Counted from the first letter of the stretch, positions 38,497 to 55,215 are shown. The stretch is 64,000 nucleotides of DNA from Bigelowiella natans CCMP2755 (GCA_000320545.1 ADNK01001276.1:144703-208702), one strand, 5' to 3'. Program-made: numbers and translations. The notes: generated by a model from the sequence alone, not told the origin.

Positions 38497-40137
38497 ATGT
38501 TTTCTGCATTTGTTTTATTTTATTCGGGTCCTTAAAGATGGTATTTCTTATTTGACGACAAGAAAATATTCAAGACTTCGAGGAAAATTGCCTTAGTATT
38601 GCCAGCAATAACAACCGAGAAGGAAGAGGACCAGTTCTCTGTGCGATCAGCTGCGCTTTCTCCCCTCCGTCTGCCCCCCAATTGTCGGGAGCACTTTTTG
38701 GTCGGCGTCTGCAGCAGGAGGAGCCGGTCCATTCGAGCATCTTTTTACACGTACGATTGCGTGGCACCGGTTGAGAACAGTTTTATCAGAGCTGGCCTAT
38801 ATATATATCACAAGTCCTAGATCTACATAGAAGGAGTCCTTCCGGAGGGAGGCGCCCGAGTATGGCTTCCCGCTTCGCTCCGTCTTATCCCCGCACAATC
38901 GTCTCTCAAGTTCTCCTTCTTCAGCAAGGCCGTATTCTTCTCGGAACGTAATAATTTCAATTTGATACAGTTGTGTATGGTTCCCTTATTTTTTTAAAGT
39001 CGAAGTTCCTTTTACTCTTCTCTTCGCCCAGGTGGAAGCAGGGAGACCTCATAGGGCGGAAAACAGGCATGCTAGGGTTTGGCATGATTGAAACTGCATT
39101 TCATTTAGGGTATTTCACAGCAGTCACTACATCAGGGAAGTGAAGAAGGGGGAAGACCCGCTCGTCGCTGGAGCTCGTGTCGCATCCGAAGTCGCCGGTG
39201 TGGACCTTGATTTTGAGGTTTTGCATCAATTTAATATTTATAAATGAGTTTCTCATATTACACTTCGAAACGAATACAGCGCTTGGAAAGAAGGGCAATA
39301 TTTACAATGCGTGAAAAGGTTGGGATTAACTTAGGTCTGTTGAATAAAATGACCGATATAAAAATTCTGTTAGATGTCTTCGTCAGCGGACAGCAGCGAT
39401 TATAACGTATCCAGCTGCAGCACACAGGGAAATTTAAAAAAAGGCCACAGTGTTGATGATCAAACCATGGAAGAATTCGTAGATATCGAGGAGCATGAAC
39501 TCGTTTACGAAGCATCCCCATTGGAGATGATAAAGCCAAAGGTGAATTAAACATAAGCGATCAATATTATTAAAATCAACACCATTCTTTTGCTTACCAA
39601 AACTCCAAATCACTCAGGAGACAGATTGGATCAAACCAGAGTGGTTTGATATTGATGATATTCCTTTCGACCAAATGCCGATGGACGATAGTGAGTGGTA
39701 TCCCAGCATTTTAGAAGGACAATGTATGAGGGGCACATTCACGTTTGATGGAGATCAAATGCTAGACCATGAGGTTTGGCCAGTCCCTAGAATTATTCTT
39801 GATGTTTTGAGGGAGGCTCCGAAAGGTACTTTTGTTTACAATATTCATTGTTTAATAGTTTCTCTCACTTCAATTATGAACCGTATTAGGTGATTTAAAT
39901 GAGTTACAGATAGCTGACTTAAAATATATAGCATTATGCACAGGTAGGGAAAGCAGCCCAAAATGTTTGATGTTGATGGTAAAAATAAGCTTGAAATTTT
40001 CAGGTCTTAAGATCCCAGGAATAAGTTGGTGGAAAGTTGCTCCTCCGAGATCGCGGAAAAAAGATTTGATTAAAACATTAACTAGGTATGATCGCCAACA
40101 TCAAAAGTGGAGAGACGATTGGTTTTTTAGCAATTAA
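38497..40137 (+). CDS. MTH1/NUDT1-like Nudix-fold protein with degenerate Nudix box, N-terminal targeting-like extension and Rho-N-like C-terminal helices
   Basis: QGRILLG; EVKKGEDPLVAGARVASEVAGV; ETDWIKPEWFDIDDIPFDQMPMDDSEWYPSILEG..RGTFTFDGDQMLDH, matching the MTH1 C-terminal pattern; LNELQIADLKYIA..GLKI...RKKDLI. Confidence 0.75.
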
Positions 40138-41015
40138 AACTATTGCCCATCCAGCTAAAGATACCTTATAAGTAATATATGTGTATTATATGGTAGATAT
40201 AGCCCGGTGCGCGTTGCGCTGCGTACATATATACATATACAGCCATAATGTATAAGTGCATGCATAAGCACGAATGCGAGTCTAGGAGTCACGCGCGCAC
40301 GCACGCTCACTGCTGGATACCGCGCCCACTACACGTACGTTGGTAATGTCTAGAACGTACAGCTGATACACACTGCACTAGTCTTGTTGTGTAGAAACTG
40401 ATAACGTTATAACGTCTATTGTGCATCCCTAAGATCTCTATGCTAGATCTGCATGGCACATCTAGTTTGACGTCGCAAGTGCGTACGTCGATGTAGCTGC
40501 TCTCGCAAATGATAGCATCAGGATGTATAGATGACTGCTACTGAACGAATGCTAATTTATTTATTACATCCATCTCACATGCATAGCATCGCACGTATGC
40601 GAATTATAAATAATGTATATGCTAGCTATTTAGCTGTAATGTAATAATGCATGCTATGCTAGCATGCAGCATGTGTATGTGTGCAACGAAGGATACATAA
40701 AATCTAGAAATATTTTGGGAGTAATGCTCTGCCGATGTAAATACACTTATCATGCCTCATACGTGACAATACATATGAGACTCTGATGTTTAGTAGGCTT
40801 AGTAGCTACTCAAAACCATGCATCGCTTAGTGGCAGCTAGCTATGCACATATTCACATATTACGATGATCGACGCACTCACTGATGAATACTCTTACTTG
40901 TCGGACATGCATTGTACGCAAGAGCGTGCAATTTTTGTATGTTCTATTTCTAAAACCTCGAAGCTAACACTTTCTGCATTAACGAAGTATTCTTTCCCAC
41001 CATGGAATCGTTTGA

Positions 41016-41558
41016 TTAGAAGTATTCCTTGCCGAACATCTTTGTCTGAAGGAGACACAATTTTAGTATGAACTTAAGCTAGTAAGGTTGAAACCTAACA
41101 TGCATACCTGTTCAGATTTTATTGCTTTGTAAATTAGAATAGGGACACCGAAGCCGAAGACGAGGACAGCAGGAAGATTTTCACTGAGTTTGAAACTCTC
41201 ATTCAGAAAGTCACGAGTGCCAGCATTACCCTCGATGTGTGGGTTCTTCTTCACAGAGAAGGGACCTTCCTCTCCCTATTCATTTAAAATGAAATAAATT
41301 TCAACTGATTATTCGATCATCCGGTTTGATAATCAAGTTTCTGCTGTAGAAACATTACAATTTAATGCCTCTGCAAAATGGAAGGTCTCAGGATTCCTGA
41401 TGTTTCTTTTCCATGCTTCTTTTACACTAAAATAAGAATAAGTGTACAAAAATACTGTTACTGACCCCGCGTAGACTCGATCGTGTAGATATGTTTCGTT
41501 TTTTCAGAAGGCTTCGGCGCAAGCCAGAGGGGGGGAGGAGGCGGCGGAGGGCAGACAT
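41016..41558 (-). CDS. NDUFB4: Mitochondrial complex I accessory subunit NDUFB4/B15-like
   Basis: KNPHIEGNAGTRDFLNESFKLSENLPAVLVFGFGVPILIYKAI parallels the plant B15 pattern (KN..IE.....RE.L...F.....N.....FG..VP.L.YK.I). Arg/Ser-rich presequence MSALRRLLPPSGLRRSLLKKRNIS. Confidence 0.7.
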
Positions 41559-42370
41559 CACACGCGGTCTTCAGACTCTGCTACACGGATGCGGACAAAG
41601 TAATCCATCAATTATAGTTCTATCGTTTAGTAGCGACAATAATTTAGAGTAAAAATCAGATAAAATATAAAGCGAATAGGGAATACAGAGAAGGACGATT
41701 ATATTTCACATCTATGAAATTATGCCAACAACAGTTTTTTCAGACGAGCGAAGGAAATCATCGAATGTCAAAAACTAACAAAAATAGGACATTTTTGAGC
41801 ACTCTCGGGAAAAAGGCCATTTTTACTAAGTTTTCGACGAACAGCGACCTCAAGTATTTACCTATAATTTGGGATTTGTGTTTGCAAGACTGCTGTACAC
41901 CGTTTAAGGAGGTGCGACAAGGTGATCCAAATTAAAAAAGGATGGACATCACTCATCACTGAGCATTTGTGTTTTCAACTTGTTTGCTTTCTGGTTACAT
42001 CCTAATTTGCTACGTAGCCAAACTCTCATGGGATTGTTCGCAGAAACATAACTGTCGAAAATCGTTTCGCCAATAATTCCGAAATTCTATCGGTAAAACA
42101 TCGTAACTTAAAATACCCCGAAACGTGCACTCGCTCTTCGACATCTTCACCGACCGCTCCAACGCACAAACTCACGCACAAGGCAAATTTGAACAGGTGC
42201 GCGGGGAGGTGCGTAGGGCAGCGCGTGACTGTTACTGCTTAGATTCATGGAGGATTGGCTTTGAGATCCCTTTTAGATCCTCCGAGAGAAACGAGAGTTT
42301 AAGGAAAGGCCGGGTTGTTGTTGCCGTGAACTGAAATTTGCTCTCTCTTTACCTTCTACTTAGGAAAACT

Positions 42371-45552
<3,182 letters not shown>

Positions 45553-45675
45553 GCATTACTATAGTAGTAGCAGTAGTAGTAGAGAGGAGTATGGGGAGAT
45601 GGCGACGACGACGATGATGATGATGATGATGATGACGGAAACATACCTTTGATTGATGTGTGTATCAGTACGATA

Positions 45676-45708
<33 letters not shown>

Positions 45709-46098
45709 GGGGAGGAGGCATTCTCTTCTATTTGATAAGCCAAGCGCATGCACCCACACGACATATTGATGAATTTTTCCATCCTAAATGCAAAAAAAGG
45801 CCACTGGATCTCAGCTGAGCGAAGGAGGCAGAGTAGTCCCTCCTCAATCGCGTCCATCATCTTTCTCTAACACCTTTGAAGCAAAGGAGTCGGGCGATTA
45901 AGTGCTACTCGGTGGTGATGGCAGTGAAGGGTCGTGACTATCGCTGAGGATGGCTAGATAGGACAGGGGGCACACGTTGCTCCCATGGGGACAATCGACT
46001 TCGCATGCCAAATTGCATGTCGTTAGCAGCGCACATAGCTAGATAGCCGTACGTACTCACGGCATGCTATATGGTAATCTATGAGACACAACTAATAA

Positions 46099-46212
46099 CC
46101 GATGTAATGGCATGATTAATTGCAATCAATTGCCATCCTAACGTAACTATGCAAAGCAGCGGCTACAGCGCTTATGTTGTATATTTGTTGGGTTTCTACT
46201 ACATGTGTGTCA
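46099..46212 (+). repeat. Dispersed intergenic repeat, copy B
   Basis: gatgtaatg...ccatccta..gtaactatgcaaagcagcggctacagcgcttatgtt aligns with 22714-22825. Confidence 0.8.
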
Positions 46213-46567
46213 ATGAGCATGCGCCACATGCATGATAGCAAGCTAGCTAGGGGACTTCTGCCTTATGGAAGGTACCCTATCCTTCCGCCTATTCCTTATT
46301 GGCTCGGCATGTATGCTGATGCATACGCTTACATGACATTGCGCTACGTACCTATATTGCATACCAACAGCGTTTTGTACGGCACGGCTAGCTATAAGCC
46401 TTAGAATTGTGAGACAAGATCGAAACAATAGACAACGTACAGCAGTTTGAGCTTGAACATTACGAATGATCTTTTCGTTTCTTCCTTATCCACGTACCAT
46501 ATGCGCTCAGCAGCGATCTAATTTCAATTTCCCTATTCGTGACTCAACCAACATCGCCCTACAGCTA

Positions 46568-47816
46568 TTATAGGTATGATTGTGCCGATGCCGATGGCCG
46601 CCTCGACGACCTTGTGTCGCGCTGGTTCATCCTAGCTACATTCTCATCATCCCCTCTCCCCCTAGTGTTATGGGAGCGGTGACGTGATGAATCATCGTGT
46701 TTCCTACGTTCTCTTCTCCCTTTTCTTCTCTTTTCTTCCTCCCGTCGATAGTGATAGGCATCATTACTGTCTTCACGGCCATCGCCTTCTTTACCACTTC
46801 CATCCACTCCTCTGGCTCTCCGTCTCCTATTGCTATGAGCATGCTCTCGTCCCGAGTCCTCTTTCCAATCCCTTCGTGCACCCTGTGGTTTGCGCTTTTC
46901 GCCGCTAGAATAGGGAGCAACGTTATCTTCTTGGCGGCGCTGCTGCTGCCGTCTTTTCGCTCTCCCTTCGGCGTGGTTGTAATTTGAACCACCCCGGTGA
47001 TGACGATGATGATGATGATGAGCTTTATTTCTCTCGTCATTGTCGTCGTTGTGATGATGACTCCGATCTTGTAGCTTCTCCTCCAGTCTCCCCCCTCCCC
47101 CCCCCATGATAAATGCATTAATCTCCTCCTCTGCGTCTCTGTCGCCATTGCCGTACTCGTCATCATCATCATCGTCGTCGTCACCATCGTTATTGCCTTC
47201 ACCATCACGGGGAGTCTTAGCATCCACGCGCATGCGACGACTCATGTCGTTTCCATGGCTCCTCTCATCATCGAGGGCTTTAGACGTTCGTTCTCCTTTC
47301 TTCTCTTCCCCCCCACCTGACGACGGGCGACAACAGGGTGAGCACGTTGAGCCAACAGAGTGTCAATATATGGGGACCGAAGGTTTGCGCCCATGAGTAT
47401 CACAACAACTCGAGGAAAGACAAAGTACTTGTGGAAGTTTATTGTGTGCTATTGTTGATGTATTCCTGGTACTATTTTGTGCTACTGCTGCCCCTGCCTA
47501 TGCTATGCTGCTGCTGCTGCTGCTACTACTACCACTACTACTACTCTTTACCTGAGGCCTTGCCAGTGAAGCTTCTCTTTTCCATACGTTCCTTCTTCCT
47601 GAACCTTCGGAACAAATCGCGCTCTCGTCTGTTGGTAGATATGAGGACGTTGTGGAAGAGATGGAAAGGTAAGTGCGAAGGCAGAGAGGAGTATTCGGTG
47701 TTGTGTTTATTGATGGCTTCTGGTGGTGGTTGTAGGAAAGCTATCATTGAGCTTTTCATCTTGTTGCTATTCCCTCTTCCCTTTTTTTTTATGCTCTCCA
47801 AGAGCGCCGCCCCGCG

Positions 47817-47851
<35 letters not shown>

Positions 47852-48064
47852 GTGCATGTTTTTGATGAGGCCAATGATGGCACACGCGACACTACACGTC
47901 AAGTGTCAAAGCTACTACATGATCTCTTGCTGCTCGATGCTGAAAGGATAATCCCCGCCGTCACCAGCTGTCATGAAGGAGTACGTAGGCGCTGGGGTTG
48001 GAGCGAAAACCTATCATTTAGTGGTGTGATGCATGTTAAAATATAAATACACACACACACACAC

Positions 48065-48096
<32 letters not shown>

Positions 48097-48347
48097 GCGT
48101 GTGTGTATGTTTGTCTTTAAGTGCTGACGATAATCATGATAGCATTCTCTGGTTGGAATGTACGCTTTATGCTCTCTCTCTCTCTCTCTCTCCCTCTTGC
48201 CACCTATCCCCCCTCTCCCCCCTCCCCCCTTCCCTCCTCCTCCTTGCTAAGAATAGCTCCGCCAGCTGGCGTATGATCTGACCTGTCCCTTCTCCTTTGC
48301 CTCCATAAAGTTTCTGTATCTCGACTCGGCATATTGCTCGATCTATC

Positions 48348-48385
<38 letters not shown>

Positions 48386-48494
48386 AACGCGGTTGCCATT
48401 ATTACATCTTGATAGTAGTGGGCAGGTTCCCGTCCTTATCATCATCATCATCCTGCAACAACTATTACAACAACAACAACTACTACTACCATTA

Positions 48495-48529
<35 letters not shown>

Positions 48530-50656
48530 GCTACTACTACTTACCAGCTACTACTACAGTACTACCTTTTTCTCAATATCGTCGCTGCCAAGATCATCAC
48601 CATCACCATCGCCGTGGTACCCCATTGCAGCTCTCATAAACCTGAATGAGCACCGTGCGGAGTGGTGGTGATGGTGATGCTGATGATGAGAATGATGGCA
48701 ATGATGAAGCATACCCTCCTTGTAGTGATGATTGTCCATGTGCCTCCTGATGATCTACCACGTCGTCCTTCATCTAGAAGACAGTTATCAAACATGTTGC
48801 GACCATTCGTAGCTCTCCCTCCCGGATTAAATAGCTTGCTTTGCATGCGAAATGAACGTGTATAATGTGGAGGAAAAGATGCACTTCTCATCTAACTCAT
48901 CATCATCATCATCATCATCACTATCATCATCGTCATCGCTGTCGTTATTATAGGTTTCGCATTACAAGGGCTGATGATTCTTTAAGCTTTCGTCTGGACT
49001 CCAACATTCTGTAGCGATAAATTATTATCATCGTGAATTTTGGTCGGCGGAGCAAGGTATTCGGAGAGAGCAGCTGCCCAGTAATGACGCTGCTTACAGT
49101 GTGTCATGCTGCGACAGAAGAGTAGTAGTAGTCTCTATTTTCAGCAGAGAGAATCATCATCACAACAAAGACGATGACAGTAACATCTCAGTAGCAGCAG
49201 CAAGCTCTCAAGGAAAAAAGAGGAAGAATTCTAAGCAGCACCGTTGGTACTCTGACTTTTCCTCCTTCTTCTCCAGTTCCAATGTCCTTTAAAAGGGAGA
49301 TAGCCAAGGGGGAGAGAGAGAGAGAGGGAGAGAGAGAGATCGAGAGAGACAGAGAGAAAGAGAAAAGGAGAGTGAGAGGGGGGTGACCGCTGTAGAGGCT
49401 TGGTGAACATCAACAAGGGTCGCTACTACTCGTATCTCTATCATCATTCTAAACAATACATTTGTTCCTGCTCTTCGCGCCGTTTACGTTCTTCGGCGGC
49501 CTCCCTATCTAAGGGGTTTTACGTGTTACGACAATAGGGTCAGGAGGAGGAGAAGAGAGATGGCAGCGCTTCTTCAGCCTTTTTTTTGGTTCCGATCTCA
49601 CGACTAAAGAAGCCTCTCATCACACATTCACTTTGCTGCTGCTGCTGCTGCTGCTGCTTTTGGTTGTTACGAAGGACCTATGTCGAAGTAGCCCCCCCCT
49701 CTCCCAGTGCGCTCGCCCTGTAGGAAGGAGGGGCAGGAAATACAAGATTAGTTTATCTTTCTGCTAATGTCCTTACATCTCCGAACTACAAAATCAACGA
49801 GAAGGCAATTAATATAAATATAAATATAAATATATATTAATATATATATATTGTTTATATTAATTTATTTTAAAAAAATGCGTATTACCTTGGAGTCGGT
49901 GTACTTTGGGTTGAAGCAATCAGCATATTCTTCGTTTTCGAAGCTGCTGGCCGCAACATGCTTCCCCGGACGTTTCGCCGCGGAGTGGGAGGAGGAAGAG
50001 GAGAACACGGCTTTCAACTTCTCCTGTTGTTGCATGTTTATTTGCATGCGAGAGTCATTTCGTGAGTGTATGCTAGTAATATGCTGTATTAGCATTGACG
50101 GATGTAAAAAAAACAGTATATAATACTCGTATTAATGTAACTACGCCATGCCCTTCGAACATGCTTCTACTAGCACCACTACTACTACTACTATTACCAT
50201 GTTTTGAGCTCCACACTGATCACCTTTTGTACATTATTCAGCATATCATATCATCATCATTATCATAATCATCATCATCATACAGTATAATAATTATTTG
50301 GTGGCATCATCATCATCATCATCGTCACCATCGTCACCGCACGTACATATAATGCGCTTTCGAAAGTTCCTAAGCTTGCATCTGGATACAAATTAGACGT
50401 TGCGGTAAGAATTAGCGTCCAGCTTGGGATACACACAGATGTTGTTTTTATGCGTGACAGTCATTAGCAGGGAAAGAGGTAGCAGCAGCATATGGAACAT
50501 ACTTCTTGCAGAACCAATCCCCTCCTTTCAGAGTTACTACTGCGATTATAAGGGGGGGGGGGGGGAGGGGGGTGAAAGGTTAGAAAGGTTATCTGTACGT
50601 TTTGCTGCATCCTCAAATCTGTTCGAAAGAAGAAGAAGAAGAACGAACGAACATCG

Positions 50657-50687
<31 letters not shown>

Positions 50688-52981
50688 ATTTATCATTATC
50701 CTGATCAGCTGTATTCTGTGGCATTTGTGCTCTCTTCTGCCTCGTCTGGGATGGTTGCATGGCTCCGCATGAACTACATCTAATAATCACGCGTTGGGTA
50801 GACAACGATGAGAATTGTGGTGATGATGATGGTGATGGTGATGACAATGCTGACGACGGTGATGATGAGGATATGAGCACCTCTACAGCTTACAATTTCT
50901 ATCCATCAATTCTACTCTTTGTACCGATCGTTGAAGTCGAAGTTGACATGGCGGCATGAAGGACAATGCCAGTCCCTATTCGTAGCAGCGATGTAAGGAG
51001 GGAGAAGGATAATCGCAATAATGGCGACGACGAGGAGAAATAACAGGAAGTGCCATGCTTGATATCGGTGCATGTGTGTTGAAAGAGTTGAAAAGGGGCA
51101 AGACAGGAGATGATTCTATGTACTTCGAGGAATAACAATATGACACAATCGCAAGAAAGAGCCCATGTTATAACGTTTCTCCCTTTCTCTGTTGTATACG
51201 CATCATCTTCCTCTTTTCTCCATCGTTCACCTCACCCCATGTGTTCTCGGTCTTTATTCATGTCTGATATCAAAGATTTGCGAAATTAAATGAATGAATA
51301 TGGGTGGAAAATGCGACAGAAGAGACGCGATATGCATGTGCTCCGTAATCACCACACACACACATACACACACACAGCATAGCACACAGCATAGCACACA
51401 GCATAGCACACATGAACCCAAACACTCAGATAAACATGTTCAAACTTCCTCAACCACACGCGCAATACAACCCTTCAGCTGGCGTTGGTGCTGATTTTTC
51501 CTCGCCATGTTTGCCTGCTGATTGATCTCGTCGTCGTTTCTATTGTAGCCCTCGTCGTCGTTGTCTCCGTTCTTCACTTGGATTCTGCCATGTATCTGGG
51601 TGACAGGTCTTTCTCTGTCGCTGACCATTGCAATATCTGAAGCATGATTGTACGCCAGGGGAGTCTGCTGTGGCTTTGCAAATGATCCAACTTCACCGCA
51701 GCGAGGAGAGGCGGAGGGGATAGGAGGAGGAGGAGGAGGAGGAGGAGGAGGAGGAGGAGGGGGGGGGGGGGGTGGAGGTTAGGGGGGGCAGTTGGTCCTG
51801 ATGGGAGAGATAGAGAGGTTAGTAAGTTTTGTGGAGAGAGAGAGGGGTTCTCCTTTGCCTTCCGCTGGATACTTTTTAACCTTTTCCCCTCCCACATCCT
51901 CCTTTCTCTTAGTTCTTCTCCCGCCTTCATGAGACCCGAGTTCGCGACCTTTGGAGTAGCGGCGGCAGTAGCATTGATGTTGATTCTTAGATGATGATGT
52001 AACAATGGACGGTGTCGCAATCCCCCGCTTTTCGAAGCGTGGGGGGAGTTTTGGAGGGTCGCCAAGAAATTCGTTGCTGCCTCCATAGCATCCTATCCAT
52101 GTTAACAAGTTGGTTCAACAAAGGAGGAGGAAGGAGTAGGGGGGGCAGGAGGACTGACCTGAACTTCTACAGCCACGACGGAACCAAGCAGCGGTGAAAA
52201 AGCAGTTCCTGTCGAATCGAAGCACACTTTTGGGCATTCTGTAACTGCTTGCACCACTCCTTAGGGTCAACGTGAAAGACACAAAAAGGGCCATCAGAAG
52301 CAGGGGCGTTTGGGATCGTACGGATATTGAGGCGTTGGAGGGCGTGCACATCGTACGATCTACTCTTTTACATCGAGTCTTGTGTCTATTCATCTATCTG
52401 CCCCTCAGCAGGCAGTGAGCCCCTCCCTCCTCTCTCCGCCAAGTGGGCTAAGCTCCTGCCATTCCGGAATCCGTGCTCAAAACTAGATAATCAGAATGTT
52501 TCATCGGGAAAATATCTTAGTTTTTAGTACTACGACAACTCTTTCCCTCACGTCGCAGGCCCCAAACCTCACCTGTTTTCATCACTGGCAAAGTCTTCGT
52601 AGTGAAGATGCCGCGATGGAAGTCTGGAAATGACTCGAGCATTTGCTGCAATTTTCTGGCACAGAAGGCATGCAATGATGTTTGTCGCACGATGATATTA
52701 CCATGCAATTCCACCCTGCGTCTACGAGATAAAAACATTCCAGGAAACCTCGGAACCAATCGAGAGCGTTCCACAATTCACTCACACTGTTCCGTGCCCC
52801 CGAAAATGAGCAAGAAGAAGCCATCACTCTGATGAAGGCGAAGAAGTCCAGAAGGGAGAGAGGGAAACGGGGAAATGAGCAGAAAGGCGAAGCGAAGAGG
52901 CGTTGCAGGCCCTTTTCCAAGATAGCAAGGCTGATTTTGCACAACAATGAGTGAACACGCCAGCACGATGTCTTCACTCAT
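46568..52981 (-). CDS. Hypothetical protein(s), multi-exon, with low-complexity Arg/Asp/His-rich C-terminus
   Basis: 225-aa terminal ORF at 46568-47245 plus short coding-like exons (DRAICRVEIQKLYGGKG; RRERDLFRRFRKKERMEK; FENEEYADCFNPKYTDSK) between microsatellite introns. No family recognised. Confidence 0.4.
51371..51410. repeat. 12-bp tandem repeat x3 (cacacagcatag)
   Basis: Directly visible. Confidence 0.85.
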
Positions 52982-53409
52982 GGACTTGCATGTTTGTGGA
53001 CTTGTTTGTTCGTCTGGTCGCATCCATGACTAGGCAAGCTAGCAAGCACACACGCATGCACACATGCTGATCACATGCTCAAAAGAGATGATTGATCAAG
53101 GCAGCACAGTGCATTGATGTTGCAGAGAAAGCCGCTGTGTGCCTCGCTAGCTCGTGGTGCCTGCTGCATGCACATCTGTGCGTACACGTAGCATGTAGAT
53201 GCCATTGTTGCTAGAGACACATGTTGCACAGGACTTTGTTGCATTCTTCCTTGAAATAAAACACCATCGCTGCTGTTGCGGACAATCTACCATGCCGCTA
53301 AACATCAGCTTGTTTGCCATGTCCACAACAGATTCCTCAATTGTGGTGTCCTGAGCACATGATGACGAGCATGACAAATGGACGATTCAAAATCAACAAC
53401 ACCTTGCGA

Positions 53410-55215
53410 TCACTGTGTCACTTTCTCAACACAGACATACACTGTCCAAATGAGATCTCTTCCCTGATAGACTTCATTGATCGCTTCGTGTGCATAGCCA
53501 ACTGGGCAACTACACTTACCAGTCACCGGATTAGGAGGATTACACCCATCCCTTCCATAGGTATAACCACCAGCCACATACTCTCTAAAATCCAGTGTGG
53601 TACACGTGCGTCCGACTAATCCCTTCGGGCAATCGCAATACGAGTTAGGCTCCACACATTTTCCAGCTGCACAAACTGGACAGTTCTTCTGCTTGCTCCA
53701 TGAAGTCCAAGTATCTTCTAATCGCTGTTGAGAAAGAATTTCTATGTTACGTCTGACTGCTGTATCTTTTACAAACATGCTTATCGGCAAAGTTCGCATC
53801 TTTATCGGCGCAGGATTTTCGTAGGCAGTTTGTTTCCAAGCATCTTGACCACAATTATCCTGCTCAAGATTGCCATCCATGCACGTCTTAATCGAAGATT
53901 TTACATGTTTACTGAAAACATTCTGCGAGGCAGATCCAGTTCCTTGACCGAAAGATTTGCGGAAATATTCATTGGCCATATTCTCAATTACATCTAAGGA
54001 CTGCCCCTCAACTATGGGCATCGAACTGTCACCAAATAAAGTGTTTTCTACGTGCGTAATGACTTGCATCGATACGCCCTGAAACGCCTCCACTATAACT
54101 CTTTCCCCAAATTCGTCGAGGAGCTGATTGTAAAGATCTTTCACAACTGGATCGGAAAGATTCCTTGAATGACTTGACACATATTCAATTGCTGTCTCAA
54201 ATCTAGGATCCAGTGTGTAGGTCGTGGACATATTTTTTGTACCAGGAAACTTCACGTGATATGCAGGATATATTTGCTGAGTGGTAGTTAGGAAACCGTT
54301 ACCTCCACCAAAGAGGGTTGCCTCGAGTTCTGCGATGTTAGTTCCACGTAATGCTTTTGGCAGCCAGTTTGTCATTTCATTATCCCGTGGCCATGGTTTA
54401 ACGTTGTCTAGGTAAGTACTCCATGAAGGGTACAGGTTTGTAGATGTAGCTCCCCAGTGGAGCCCACCCATCATCGGAGTGAACTCAATTTCTGCAGGAA
54501 CAATCCAATCCTGCGACTTGCCATTTCCTGGAAGAAATTGAGTGTGCACGGTGGCCCCTTTGTCGACTTCGTACGTCAACTTTAAAACTTGTGTGTTTAG
54601 CAGCTCTCGAGTGATACCTACAACACTACGGCCAAGATGTAAATTCAAATTCTTTTGTGCTGAAGATGTGCCAACAGAAATTTTGCGAGAGTCATTGGCA
54701 AGCTTCCGAATGTAATTCCTTGCCTCTTCTGGGGATGCTGGAGTAATTTTACTGCAATCGGAACCTTCGAATCCAGGGCCGCATTCACACGAGCATGTTG
54801 TATCTGACAGTATACCCCCGTTCAAGCATGACAGTCCATCGCACACCTGCTGAGAGCAACTTGGCCCATAGAAGCCATCGTCACAACTGCACACATTGTT
54901 GAGACAGTCACCATGCATGTTGCATTCTCCACGATGCATGCAAACAGGGCTGTTTATGCGAGTGTAGGCGCTTAGGACTCCAACTGTATCCTTCAAATCG
55001 GAGACGTCATGTTGCAAGCTAGCAATTTCACCCTTTTGCTTGTGAAACTGTAATCCCAAGAACACCAGAGCAGCTGCCATAATGGCTATGATGAAGAAAA
55101 CAGATGTCAAAAAACACATTTTCTTTTTTGTAGATGAGACTTTTTCCCTCGCGTAGATAACACCACCATCTTCCGTTATCAAGGATTCAGAGTAAGCTCC
55201 CACGTGAGACGGCAT
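53410..55215 (-). CDS. Type II membrane-anchored EGF-MACPF protein with MPEG1/perforin-2-like Cys-rich tail (intronless, ~601 aa)
   Basis: First ATG at 55215 (MPSHVG). TM segment FLTSVFFIIAIMAAALVFLGL; short coiled coil; two EGF repeats. MACPF landmarks LGRSVVGITRE..LTY, LDPRFETAI, YNQLLDEFGERVIVEAFQG, W....ENPAPIKMRTLPISMFV. Then a further EGF-like unit and AGGYTY..CNPPNPVTGKCSCPVGY. Confidence 0.85.
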   Translation of the reverse strand: MPSHVGAYSESLITEDGGVIYAREKVSSTKKKMCFLTSVFFIIAIMAAALVFLGLQFHKQKGEIASLQHDVSDLKDTVGVLSAYTRINSPVCMHRGECNMHGDCLNNVCSCDDGFYGPSCSQQVCDGLSCLNGGILSDTTCSCECGPGFEGSDCSKITPASPEEARNYIRKLANDSRKISVGTSSAQKNLNLHLGRSVVGITRELLNTQVLKLTYEVDKGATVHTQFLPGNGKSQDWIVPAEIEFTPMMGGLHWGATSTNLYPSWSTYLDNVKPWPRDNEMTNWLPKALRGTNIAELEATLFGGGNGFLTTTQQIYPAYHVKFPGTKNMSTTYTLDPRFETAIEYVSSHSRNLSDPVVKDLYNQLLDEFGERVIVEAFQGVSMQVITHVENTLFGDSSMPIVEGQSLDVIENMANEYFRKSFGQGTGSASQNVFSKHVKSSIKTCMDGNLEQDNCGQDAWKQTAYENPAPIKMRTLPISMFVKDTAVRRNIEILSQQRLEDTWTSWSKQKNCPVCAAGKCVEPNSYCDCPKGLVGRTCTTLDFREYVAGGYTYGRDGCNPPNPVTGKCSCPVGYAHEAINEVYQGRDLIWTVYVCVEKVTQ

